From Candidatus Gottesmanbacteria bacterium (lineage in GTDB: Bacteria > Patescibacteriota > Microgenomatia > UBA10105 > UBA927): DNA of 64,000 nucleotides. Position 1 is the stretch's first letter; every line of letters begins with the position of its first letter. Below, one piece after another: positions 1-8,464 of this stretch. The notes beneath the pieces are model-generated. The model did no database searches. It saw only the letters and a program-made list of their open reading frames with translations, and was not told the origin of the DNA. The translations under genes were made by a program, and so were the position numbers. Where the stretch lies: contig OY970230.1 of NCBI GenBank assembly GCA_963714095.1, positions 6,206 to 70,205 of the forward strand, written 5' to 3'.

Positions 1-48
1 ATATGAGTATTCACGCGGGATCCACCATTGATCTGGAGTTCGTGTCAT
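1..48 (-). CDS. 5' end of a hypothetical CDS running off the window (MTRTPDQWWIPREYSY...)
   Basis: Minus-strand ATG at 48, open to position 1, preceded by an extended -10 (TGATATACT). Confidence 0.4.
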   Translation of the reverse strand, partial: MTRTPDQWWIPREYSY

Positions 49-101
49 AAGATGACAGCGAGTATATCAAACTTTGGAGCATTCTGGTAGTTTAAACACT
101 T

Positions 102-177
102 TGGGGTGACGTACGGGAGTTGAACCCGTTATGGCCTCCTCCACAGGGAGGTGCCTAACCGTCCGGCACACGTCACC
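102..177 (-). tRNA. tRNA-His(GTG) with encoded G-1 and CCA
   Basis: Acceptor GTGACGT/ACGTCAC plus G-1:C73; anticodon arm CCTCC-CTGTGGA-GGAGG; T arm ACGGG-TTCAACT-CCCGT. Confidence 0.93.
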
Positions 178-199
178 AATGGGATAATTATATCATTTT

Positions 200-1906
200 T
201 TACGGCCCGAAGAAGCGAAGGATGGCGGTCCACGGGGAAAAGCGGATGAGCGCAAGAATATCGGCAAACGTGAACGTGCCGTCGTTATTAAAATCGAGAG
301 GCAAAAACCTCGCCGGGTACAGTGTGGTTATCTGCGGGCCAAGTGCAGTAATAGTTTGCCGCGGTAAGTACCCATGCACAAGAGTGACCACGCGGTATGG
401 ATTCCCAGGAATAATATTAGTAAGTCCTTCGGCGCGTACAACCCCGTTTTTCATAGTCAGGCCGGTAAATTTTTGCAGAAGTATATCGTTATCGTACAGA
501 AGTATGGTGACGTCCGTTGCATCGCTGGTTTTTCTCCAGCCCAGATTTGCGTGCACCTCAGCCGACGGCGGAGGCACAAGGGTTATAGTACGCTGTTGCA
601 ATACGAATTCCTGTCCGTTGTGGTGAAGTGCCACAGTCAAAGGAAACGGTCTGGCCCGGCCCGGAGTTTTGAGATGGATAGTTATTGTGCCGGAACCATT
701 AGGCTCCACAATAGGTAACGGATCAATAAAAACGGAAAGTGGGCTGCCGTCTTTCACAACCAGTTCATAGTCGTCTTTCGGGTCCAGTATCCCCTGTCCG
801 TTATTTTCCACCGATGCGGAAAACGTATACGTGGAGCTCGCCACCAGTGTTTTGGGAAGTAAATCAGCAAGGAGTTTATACGATTCATGCTGTTTGGGCG
901 TGCCCTTGGGTTTGACGATTGCCTGATAGGCATAGTATTGGCTGTAAAAAGCGTCGATCCCCAGTTGTTTAAAGGAAAAATGGTCAAACGGTGTATCCTG
1001 ATAATTGAAAAGAAACGGGGTCACCGCTGCGATATCCGGGTCGCTCCATGCATTTTCGGCGGCTACCCGAAAATTTTCCCCCACCTGGTCGGACGAAAGC
1101 AAACCGGGAATAGTAGATTTTCCCTCGCTGTGCTCCCAGCCGGTTTCCGTGATAAATACCGGCAGCACCCGTGCAAGCCCGAGTGTTTTAAGGTACGAAA
1201 GTTCCCATTGGTAGGTGGTCAGCGTCCCCCGGCCGGTGGCGTAAGGTGAGCCGGAAAATCCGGGGTTTGGGTAGCTGTGCGACGTCCACCCGTCGATAAT
1301 CGTGAGGATTTCGGGTTTTGCCCCGATCATACGCGTAAGGTACGCTGCCTCGTCCATATCCGTGCCGCTGTCGGCGGCAGATGCATCCAGACCCGCAGGC
1401 AGGATGAAAAAGTCGTTATTGGCTGCTTTGAGTGCTGTTGCGAATGTCGTAAGGTATTCCGCATATTCTTCGGGATTCAGGTCCCCGCCCCATTCATCGG
1501 CATGGTTCGGTTCGTTGTAAAGAATGACGTAGCGGTTTTCCGTCGGCCAATTGAGGCTGTTTAGCAGAGTAACAATTTCGTAAAACCTATCTTTTTGAGG
1601 TTTTACCCACACGCCGTTTTCTACGTGTGTTGCAAGGCGGATGATCGGTATAAGATGGAGCCGGCGCATTTGGTTAAAAATGTTTTGCCAATGGTCGTGG
1701 TCGCGCTGGTCATCGGAGAGCACCATGGTCACGTATCCCCAATCCCCGCCTGTGCTGTTGATCAGCGGCGGCACGTCGGGAATATCATTGGTGTCTACGA
1801 TATGGATACCGAATTTGTTATTGGGAACACCCGTCGGATTGTAGATGGCGTACACCGGTTTGACGAAAGCACAAGCCGCAAGGATAAGGGAAATGAGGAA
1901 ATACAT
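200..1906 (-). CDS. Secreted clan GH-A glycoside hydrolase-like protein with Ig-like domains and a C-terminal dockerin-like motif
   Basis: Signal peptide MYFLISLILAACAFVKPVYA; acid/base motif YNEPN; nucleophile motif VFITETGW; DFNNDGTFTFADIL near the C-terminus. Start moved to 1906 because the longer ORF runs through tRNA-Gly. Confidence 0.75.
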   Translation of the reverse strand: MYFLISLILAACAFVKPVYAIYNPTGVPNNKFGIHIVDTNDIPDVPPLINSTGGDWGYVTMVLSDDQRDHDHWQNIFNQMRRLHLIPIIRLATHVENGVWVKPQKDRFYEIVTLLNSLNWPTENRYVILYNEPNHADEWGGDLNPEEYAEYLTTFATALKAANNDFFILPAGLDASAADSGTDMDEAAYLTRMIGAKPEILTIIDGWTSHSYPNPGFSGSPYATGRGTLTTYQWELSYLKTLGLARVLPVFITETGWEHSEGKSTIPGLLSSDQVGENFRVAAENAWSDPDIAAVTPFLFNYQDTPFDHFSFKQLGIDAFYSQYYAYQAIVKPKGTPKQHESYKLLADLLPKTLVASSTYTFSASVENNGQGILDPKDDYELVVKDGSPLSVFIDPLPIVEPNGSGTITIHLKTPGRARPFPLTVALHHNGQEFVLQQRTITLVPPPSAEVHANLGWRKTSDATDVTILLYDNDILLQKFTGLTMKNGVVRAEGLTNIIPGNPYRVVTLVHGYLPRQTITALGPQITTLYPARFLPLDFNNDGTFTFADILALIRFSPWTAILRFFGP

Positions 1907-1980
1907 GGAGCGGCATAGGGGAATCGAACCCCTCACATCAACTTTGGAAAAGTTGCGTTCTACCAATGAACTAATGCCGC
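1906..1980 (-). tRNA. tRNA-Gly(TCC), CCA encoded
   Basis: Acceptor GCGGCAT/ATGCCGC; anticodon arm CAACT-TTTCCAA-AGTTG; T loop TTCGATT. Confidence 0.95.
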
Positions 1981-2027
1981 GTGTGCATTATTATATCAGA
2001 TTCGTTTCTTGATATAATACACCTGCG

Positions 2028-2099
2028 GCTCCTGTAGCTCAACGGATAGAGCAAGCCCCTTCTAAGGGTTAGATGAAGGTTCAATTCCCTCCAGGAGCG
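2028..2099 (+). tRNA. tRNA-Arg(TCT)
   Basis: Acceptor GCTCCTG/CAGGAGC; anticodon loop CTTCTAA; upstream TGATATAAT promoter. Confidence 0.93.
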
Positions 2100-2101
2100 C
2101 A

Positions 2102-2542
2102 TTAATTGGACAGTTCGACAAGGTCACCGGCTTTTATACCGACGCGGTCAATCGTACCGGCATTGACTTCCAGTACTTTATCCGCCGGGACACTCGGCGA
2201 GAGGCGTACCGGTTGAGCGGTCTCATTAACCGGTTGCGGAATATTACGCGAGAGATCCGCAACTTTGTTGCCGTTTATCCAGATAAAATCCAGCGGGAAC
2301 CGCATGCCTTTCATCCAGAATTCGTAGCGATCCGGGTGATCAAATACAAAAAGCATGCCGCCATCGGCCGCCAAAGAGTCGCGGTACCCAAGTCCTTTCT
2401 CTTTCTCCCCCTCAGTGATTGCGAGCATAAGATGGAAAGTATGTCCGTTGATGATTGCCTTTTCACCTATCGGGTGTCGGACGTAATAGAGAACAGTAAA
2501 GAGAAGGAGAGCAACAATAAAAATGATAAGAATTTTTTTCAT
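2102..2542 (-). CDS. DUF192 family membrane-anchored protein
   Basis: Motifs GLGYR, GMLFVF, FWMKGMRFPLDFIWI, VLEVNAG; N-terminal TM helix. Confidence 0.9.
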   Translation of the reverse strand: MKKILIIFIVALLLFTVLYYVRHPIGEKAIINGHTFHLMLAITEGEKEKGLGYRDSLAADGGMLFVFDHPDRYEFWMKGMRFPLDFIWINGNKVADLSRNIPQPVNETAQPVRLSPSVPADKVLEVNAGTIDRVGIKAGDLVELSN

Positions 2543-3354
2543 GTTGTTCGTGTTACTACAAAGTGTAGCAGATTTTGTAAAGTTTGTTTCGCTTGTTGGT
2601 GGATTGGTAAACGTGCGAGCGATTCTTCCGCTGATTTCGTATATGCGGCGATATCGAGATCAGTAAATGGATTGTTTTCATGATCCAACCGGTCATCCTG
2701 AATTTGGAAAAGGATACCGGTAGATACACCAAATGATTCCAAATATCGGAGCGTTTCTTTTGTTGTCCCTGCAAGCGTTGCCCCCAGCATCAGAGGAACT
2801 GCAAATGTATATCGGGCGGTTTTATATGTGTAGAGATTGAATAGTTCCAGTTTCGTTTTTGCCGCATGAGCGACGTCTGCCATCTGTGCAACGCCGACGG
2901 ACTGGTATTCGCGTCCGACCAAACGAATAATTCTGCCCAGCGTCGTTGCATCGGTTTTGATTGAACCGAGCAGTTCAAAGGCCATAAAGAATAATACGTC
3001 ACCTGCACATGTCGCGAGTGCCTCGCTTTTGTATTGCGCGTGCAGCGAAGGAATGCCGCGGCGCTCATCATCATGGTCCATAATGTCGTCATGGATAACC
3101 AGGGCGGTTTGAATAAGTTCCAGTGCTGCTGCCAGTTTGATGGCGTCCTCGGAGGGTTTTTCGTTGGTAAAACAATAGGCGAGAACGGTGAGCGATCCCC
3201 GGATAGTTTTGCCCGCAACAACAATAGATTTCAATTTATCGATGAGGTCGCTTCCCAGCTGGTTGACCCCGGAAAACGCCTGAGACTTTTCCGATAAAAA
3301 TTTCAGAAGATACGCATCAATACGTTTTTTGTATTGCTGAAAAATAGGATTCAT
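2539..3354 (-). CDS. Polyprenyl synthetase family protein
   Basis: GKTIRG, first Asp-rich motif IHDDIMD, KTA, second motif FQIQDD; TATAAT 6 nt upstream of ATG 3354. Confidence 0.9.
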   Translation of the reverse strand: MNPIFQQYKKRIDAYLLKFLSEKSQAFSGVNQLGSDLIDKLKSIVVAGKTIRGSLTVLAYCFTNEKPSEDAIKLAAALELIQTALVIHDDIMDHDDERRGIPSLHAQYKSEALATCAGDVLFFMAFELLGSIKTDATTLGRIIRLVGREYQSVGVAQMADVAHAAKTKLELFNLYTYKTARYTFAVPLMLGATLAGTTKETLRYLESFGVSTGILFQIQDDRLDHENNPFTDLDIAAYTKSAEESLARLPIHQQAKQTLQNLLHFVVTRTT

Positions 3355-3405
3355 ACGGTAATTATAGCATTCTTGTTGTGGCGATATGATAAAATACCCT
3401 CGCAT

Positions 3406-3843
3406 ATGAGTGAGATTAACATGCAAGACCTCATAGGTTTTCAGATTGGCTACGGCGCATTTTTGTACGGGCGCCCACCGTCGTCGGGTAATATGGAAAT
3501 GGATGTTGCAGTGATTATTAATGACGGAGATAATTTTGAAGAAATTAGACAGTGGCTTGAAGAATCTGCGTCCTTGTTCGAGCGATCACATGAGATTCAT
3601 GTCGATGGGCTTCTTATGACGGAATCCAATTGGCTTGAGCGTCAGAGAAGAATTTTTGGGGTGCATCCCCATGAGCCTCACTTTGCCACAGTCGAGACAT
3701 GGGATGGTGTTGCGTATGTGCCGATTTACAACGAGCGGTATATTACGGAAAAAATCGGGTTTTGCCGTGAACATCCGATTGATGAAGGATTAAAGGAAAT
3801 TTCTCCGGAAATGCGGTTCGGGACCGCGGTTGAGCGAAGATAA
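3406..3843 (+). CDS. Hypothetical protein, possibly a degenerate nucleotidyltransferase fold
   Basis: ORF follows a TGATAAAAT promoter; FLYGR...EMDVAVII resembles the hG[S]x(n)DxD motif. Start at 3406 or 3421. Confidence 0.55.
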   Translation: MSEINMQDLIGFQIGYGAFLYGRPPSSGNMEMDVAVIINDGDNFEEIRQWLEESASLFERSHEIHVDGLLMTESNWLERQRRIFGVHPHEPHFATVETWDGVAYVPIYNERYITEKIGFCREHPIDEGLKEISPEMRFGTAVERR

Positions 3844-3845
3844 CT

Positions 3846-3922
3846 TGGTCGGGACGGGCAGACTTGAACTGCCGACCTCACGCTCCCAAAGCGTGCGTTC
3901 TAGCCAACTGAACTACGTCCCG
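3846..3922 (-). tRNA. tRNA-Pro(TGG), CCA encoded
   Basis: Acceptor CGGGACG/CGTCCCG; anticodon arm CACGC-TTTGGGA-GCGTG. Confidence 0.95.
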
Positions 3923-3923
3923 G

Positions 3924-4010
3924 TGCCGAGGGCGAGACTCGGACTCGCACGAAGGGTTTTACCTTCACAAGATTTTAAGTCTTGCGCGTATACCATTTCG
4001 CCACCCCGGC
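3924..4010 (-). tRNA. tRNA-Leu(TAA)
   Basis: Acceptor GCCGGGG/CCTCGGC; anticodon arm CAAGA-CTTAAAA-TCTTG; long variable arm. Confidence 0.93.
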
Positions 4011-4053
4011 AATCAGTCGTATTGTACCGCAAATCTGCTATAATTTACCAGAA

Positions 4054-4075
4054 GCCTACCTGATGGCAGGCAGGC
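4054..4075. repeat. Short imperfect palindrome (GCCTACCTG-N4-CAGGCAGGC)
   Basis: Inverted repeat between the TGCTATAAT promoter and tRNA-Leu(CAG); resembles CCTGCCTGCCGGCAGGCAGG-type dispersed palindromes. Confidence 0.5.
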
Positions 4076-4155
4076 CCGGATGGCGAAATTGGTAGACGCG
4101 TATGCTTCAGGAGCATATGGGGAAACCCTTGGGAGTTCGAGTCTCCCTCTGGGCA
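4074..4155 (+). tRNA. tRNA-Leu(CAG)
   Basis: Acceptor GCCCGGA/TCTGGGC; anticodon arm TATGC-TTCAGGA-GCATA; variable arm GGGGAAACCC. Confidence 0.94.
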
Positions 4156-4158
4156 CTT

Positions 4159-5136
4159 ATGGCAAAGGTAGAAAAGAAACACTCATGGTTTTTCGGCAAT
4201 TGGAAGATAGCTGCAATCGGAGGAGCGGTTGTGGTCCTCATAGGTCTGATATGGATAGCCGCACGATATCAGGAGGACAGAACGTACCGGAGGCTTTTGG
4301 GTGATGAACGTATAGAAGTGCAGCAAAACACGATCCCCCCTGACGTCCGTCAATGGATAAATCACGGTGGCGTGCTTGGAGTGAATACACAAGACACATT
4401 TATTGTCCAGGTGCTTCCGAAAAAGATCCGGGTGCCTATTCTTATGTATCATTATGTTGAATATGTGCAGGACAAAGGCGATACGATACGCCAGTCTCTC
4501 GATGTTACCCCGTATACGTTTGAGCAGGAAGTGAAAACCCTTATTGCAGCAGGGTATACGTTTATGACCAACGCCGAGGTGGCGGATGCCTTAAGCGGCA
4601 AGATTACGCTGCCCGCCAAACCCATCGCGTTGACCTTTGATGACGGATACCGGGATTTCTATACGGATGCGTACCCGATTCTCAAAAAATATCATGTTAA
4701 AGCAACGGAGTATATTATTACCGGGTTTTTAGGGTATCCGAACAATATGTCGGCCGCCCAGGTGAAGGAGATTGCCGACGGAGGCTTGGTAGAAATCGGC
4801 GCGCACACCGTGCATCATGCATGGCTCAAAGGATTGCCGCAAAAAGATGTGACCTTTGAGGTAGATCAAAGTAAAAAGACTTTAGAGGAACTTACGGGAA
4901 AACCCGTTGTGTCGTTTGCGTATCCGTACGGCGCGTATGATGTGAAGGCCATAGAGACTGTCGCGGATGCCGGGTTTACCAGCGCTGTGTCGACCATGCC
5001 CTGTCTGGACCAGTATCAAATACACCGGTATTTTTTCTGCAGGCTCAGGCCAGGCGGCAGAACGGGAGAAAGTTTGTTATCCTGGCTTTCAGGGGTCAAT
5101 GACCAGATAACCATGTCTGGGTCAACGTTTAAATGA
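4159..5136 (+). CDS. Membrane-anchored polysaccharide deacetylase (CE4/NodB family)
   Basis: Motifs PILMYH, LTFDDG, HTVHH, FAYPYG; N-terminal TM. Start moved to the ATG after the tRNA. Confidence 0.92.
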   Translation: MAKVEKKHSWFFGNWKIAAIGGAVVVLIGLIWIAARYQEDRTYRRLLGDERIEVQQNTIPPDVRQWINHGGVLGVNTQDTFIVQVLPKKIRVPILMYHYVEYVQDKGDTIRQSLDVTPYTFEQEVKTLIAAGYTFMTNAEVADALSGKITLPAKPIALTFDDGYRDFYTDAYPILKKYHVKATEYIITGFLGYPNNMSAAQVKEIADGGLVEIGAHTVHHAWLKGLPQKDVTFEVDQSKKTLEELTGKPVVSFAYPYGAYDVKAIETVADAGFTSAVSTMPCLDQYQIHRYFFCRLRPGGRTGESLLSWLSGVNDQITMSGSTFK

Positions 5137-5526
5137 GTACGATTCCCCGGAGAAACCAACTGTTATAGTTTTATTCATTGTTTCGTCTATTACCTGCATT
5201 CCTTCCAGTATTGCAACGTCGCACGTAGCTCCCGACTGTTTGGAATTGTCCGGAAACCAGACAGTAGCCTCCTGGAAAAGGGTTTTACCATTTTTATGCT
5301 CGAATATTCCTTCAACCTTGCGAATAAGACTGGTCGGAAACGTTTTTTCAGGATACAGAAGAGTATATTTGTTTCCCCAAATGAGAATAAGTTTGCGGAA
5401 TTGATGAGCCGTTTCCGGGTTTTTGGTATCGCTGATAAAACCGTATATATTCGGATGACCATGTGAATCCGTATCCAGAGCTAATGGAACGAGAAAATTT
5501 AGTGCAGTAGGTGCCTCAGCATTCAT
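5122..5526 (-). CDS. Hypothetical protein
   Basis: 134-aa ORF with ATG and an upstream TATACT box; no recognised motif. Confidence 0.6.
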   Translation of the reverse strand: MNAEAPTALNFLVPLALDTDSHGHPNIYGFISDTKNPETAHQFRKLILIWGNKYTLLYPEKTFPTSLIRKVEGIFEHKNGKTLFQEATVWFPDNSKQSGATCDVAILEGMQVIDETMNKTITVGFSGESYSFKR

Positions 5527-5686
5527 AGTTATAGGCTATCAAGTATAACAGGTTTAGGGGGATTGTCCAAACAGGGGGTTTCTGTTTTCTATCCGCTGTT
5601 GAAGATGGATGTAATCGTGTCCTTCAAAAAATCAATTGTCCCTTGGATAAAATCATTCAGCGAAGGACACAAATAATTTCTGGTTA

Positions 5687-5715
5687 TTGACAATCGACTA
5701 ATAATCGCCTATTAT
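5687..5715 (+). promoter_or_regulatory. Sigma70-type promoter of the fic gene
   Basis: TTGACA (5687-5692), 17-nt spacer, TATTAT (5710-5715). Confidence 0.65.
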
Positions 5716-5725
5716 TTGACTAGAT

Positions 5726-6760
5726 ATGTTTGTTCCTAAGTACTCCATTACTGATCAACTACTGGCCAATGTTACCAAGATTAATGATCTCGTCAGAGGC
5801 CTTAATGACCGCAGATTTCCTAAAGTAGTATTAGTAGAGTTTGAAAAGATCGCTCGGGAGGTTTCCACTTATGCCTCAACGAGTATTGAAGGGAATCCAC
5901 TTCCCTTGACTGAAGTAAAGAGGGTCCTTAAGTCAAGACCTGCCAATATCCGCGATAGCGAAAAAGAGGTATTAAATTACAATCAGGCATTGGAAAACTT
6001 AAATCAATTACTTGAATCTAACAAACTTGAAGTATCTTTAAAACTCATTCTTGACATTCACAAACAAGTTACAGATGGATTACTTTCAAAATTTGAATCT
6101 GGGAAGCTTCGACAAAAGCCGGTCGTTGTTAACGATCCAAGGACTGGAAAAACTGTATATCTACCCCCTGATTTTGAAAAGGTGGAAGAACTAATTACTG
6201 ATCTTATTGCCTATATTAAAGAAAATAGTCAAAAAGTTGACCCATTAATTCTGGCCGGTATTTTTCATAAAGAAATGGTCATTGTCCATCCGTTTATGGA
6301 TGGCAATGGCAGGACTACTAGATTGGCCACAAAAGTACTCTTAGCTAAAATGGGATTAAATACCTTTAACCTTTTTAGTTTTGAAAATTACTACAATCAA
6401 AATGTCACCAAATATTTTCAAACTGTCGGAGAATATGGGGATTATAACGAATTGATTAATACTATCGATTTTACTCAATGGCTAGAGTACTTTACTGGGG
6501 GTTTAATAGATGAGCTTTTACGGGTCAATAAACTTCTGCCGGAAATTGGTACCACGCCAGATACTAGACTGGAACCATATCATCTTAAAATTCTTGAATA
6601 CATCAAGAAAAATGGTTTTATTGCTGATCGCGATTATGCAACACTAACAGATAGAGCAAAAGCAACCCGCACAATGGATTTCCAAAAACTTATGGAGCTT
6701 GGTCTTATTGACAGAAAAGGTAAAGCCAAAGCAACGTATTATGTCCTGAAAGCGAGTTAG
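5726..6760 (+). CDS. Fic family protein (class II, C-terminal HTH)
   Basis: Catalytic HPFMDGNGRTTR; inhibitory motif STSIEGN; C-terminal winged-HTH-like segment; AT-rich. Confidence 0.93.
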   Translation: MFVPKYSITDQLLANVTKINDLVRGLNDRRFPKVVLVEFEKIAREVSTYASTSIEGNPLPLTEVKRVLKSRPANIRDSEKEVLNYNQALENLNQLLESNKLEVSLKLILDIHKQVTDGLLSKFESGKLRQKPVVVNDPRTGKTVYLPPDFEKVEELITDLIAYIKENSQKVDPLILAGIFHKEMVIVHPFMDGNGRTTRLATKVLLAKMGLNTFNLFSFENYYNQNVTKYFQTVGEYGDYNELINTIDFTQWLEYFTGGLIDELLRVNKLLPEIGTTPDTRLEPYHLKILEYIKKNGFIADRDYATLTDRAKATRTMDFQKLMELGLIDRKGKAKATYYVLKAS

Positions 6761-6787
6761 CACCCCTCTATTTAGAAAATTAAGGCA

Positions 6788-7141
6788 ATGAAAAAGTCTG
6801 AAAATAGTATCTGTAGAAATTGTAAAAGGACTTTTAGGTTTTCTTCGACTGGTCGTAATATATGTGCGAGTTGTGTAAAAAAGCATCCTTACTTTCTGTC
6901 ATTTGTCGAAGAGGGTTTTATGGGTGTTACTGATAGAACGTTCGGGAGAGTTGAAATATATTCCAACACTGAGGATACACCTTACGCAACGGATGAGTTA
7001 CGGTTTATATTTAAAGACAATAAACCCAAACTTAAAGAATTTCACAAATTTCGGGATAAATGGGATTTTAAAGATGTCACCAAAAAAGAATTTGATTTTG
7101 TTAAAAAGACTATTAAGGAAAACTTCTACAAAGCTGAGTGA
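6788..7141 (+). CDS. Hypothetical protein with N-terminal CxxC...CxxC motif
   Basis: CRNC...CASC; AT-rich like the neighbouring fic gene. Confidence 0.65.
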   Translation: MKKSENSICRNCKRTFRFSSTGRNICASCVKKHPYFLSFVEEGFMGVTDRTFGRVEIYSNTEDTPYATDELRFIFKDNKPKLKEFHKFRDKWDFKDVTKKEFDFVKKTIKENFYKAE

Positions 7142-7395
7142 CAACAAATTTTGAATCTAATTTTGATAGGTTAATAGATTGTTTCATGTTGTTTCACAAT
7201 TAGCACTTAATTTATACCAATCCGGAATCATGTTAAGAAGTGAAAACTTTATGAATGAAGAGAGGACTTGAACCAATTTGAAGCTAAAAGAAAATGAAAA
7301 TATTAGAGGAAGACAAGACAGATCACTACCTATTTTATAAAAAGCCCGATTTATCAATCTATTTGCACCTTTAACAACGGTGCCATCTTGTCTTG

Positions 7396-7477
7396 TGCGG
7401 ACGACAGGACTTGAACCTGCATGCCTTACGGCACAGTCTCCTCAAGGCTGCGCGTATACCAATTCCGCCACGTCCGC
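7396..7477 (-). tRNA. tRNA-Leu(GAG)
   Basis: Acceptor GCGGACG/CGTCCGC; anticodon loop TTGAGGA; variable arm GCCGTAAGGC. Confidence 0.93.
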
Positions 7478-7489
7478 GTGCTTTACATT

Positions 7490-8371
7490 CTAGCAGAGTT
7501 TCTGTAATTTTGCGATGAAGAAGCCTTCGAGGTCATCGGTGGGGTCCACGCGGCCGGGTGAATGAAAGGTGAAGCCCGGAATTTGTACGGGAAGATTACC
7601 CACTGCCCCCTCTTTCAGTATTTTTTCAATGACCCCTTCGTTTTCCTCAGGATTAATCGTGCAGGTGGAATAAACGATTGTCCCTCCCGGCTTAGCACAT
7701 TTTATGGAAGCTCGCAGAATACTAAGTTGGCGGGCGGGAAACGCAAGGGCATATTCCTGCGACCAGTTTTTGTACGATTTAGGATTTGTTTCATCAAACC
7801 TACCTTCCATGGTGCATGGTACGTCAACCAGGACTTTATCGAATTGGCCTGAAAATTTCTGCGGAAGCATTTGGGCTGGCATCTGAGAAATCGTGACATT
7901 CGTTACTCCCTGGATCCGTAGGTTTGCCTTGAGTTTTTCCTGACGCACCGGACTTATGTCGTTTGCAACGATGGAGCCGTAGTTATTCATGAGTGCCGCC
8001 ATCTGCGTTGTTTTACTTCCCGGCGCGGCAGCAACGTCCAGGACCGACTCCCCTCCCTCTGGATTTAACACAAGCGCCGGTAGCATACTGGAAAGACTTT
8101 GGAGATATAATTTGCCCTGGGTAAAAACCGGTAAAGATGCTATCCTGCTGGCGCCCTGTGTTCGGACGATAAACGCATGCGTATTGCAGGGAACCGGCTC
8201 AACCCACCACCCATCGTTTGTCAGGGCCATCACAACGTCGTCGTTTGTAGATGTGAGTGTGTTGACCCGAAAAGTCGTGGGTTTGCGCGCGCGCAGTCCG
8301 TGCAAAATGGAGTCAGCCCGTTTTGGCGGGAACGCGAGGCGCAGTCTATCAAGAAATTCGGAAGGCAGCAT
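7490..8371 (-). CDS. RsmB/NOP2/RsmF family RNA m5C methyltransferase
   Basis: Motifs QSLSSM, VLDVAAAPGSKT, DVPC, YSTCT, ENE, GFFIA. Confidence 0.92.
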   Translation of the reverse strand: MLPSEFLDRLRLAFPPKRADSILHGLRARKPTTFRVNTLTSTNDDVVMALTNDGWWVEPVPCNTHAFIVRTQGASRIASLPVFTQGKLYLQSLSSMLPALVLNPEGGESVLDVAAAPGSKTTQMAALMNNYGSIVANDISPVRQEKLKANLRIQGVTNVTISQMPAQMLPQKFSGQFDKVLVDVPCTMEGRFDETNPKSYKNWSQEYALAFPARQLSILRASIKCAKPGGTIVYSTCTINPEENEGVIEKILKEGAVGNLPVQIPGFTFHSPGRVDPTDDLEGFFIAKLQKLC

Positions 8372-8389
8372 GGTATAATTTTAGCACAA

Positions 8390-8461
8390 GCCCGCTTAGC
8401 TCAGTGGTAGAGCATTCGCTTTACATGCGAGTGGTCGGGGGTCCAAATCCCTCAGCGGGCA
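8390..8461 (+). tRNA. tRNA-Val(TAC)
   Basis: Acceptor GCCCGCT/AGCGGGC; anticodon loop TTTACAT; T loop TCCAAAT. Confidence 0.92.
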
Positions 8462-8464
8462 CCT

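Noticed and set aside
1907-1966. N-terminal extensions of ORFs 200..1966 and 4102..5136
   Set aside because: They run through tRNA genes; the signal or TM sequences begin at the ATGs after the tRNAs.
3830-4304. Short ORFs 3830..4063 and 4080..4304, and also 13899..14117 and 59237..59419
   Set aside because: These are translations of tRNA genes.
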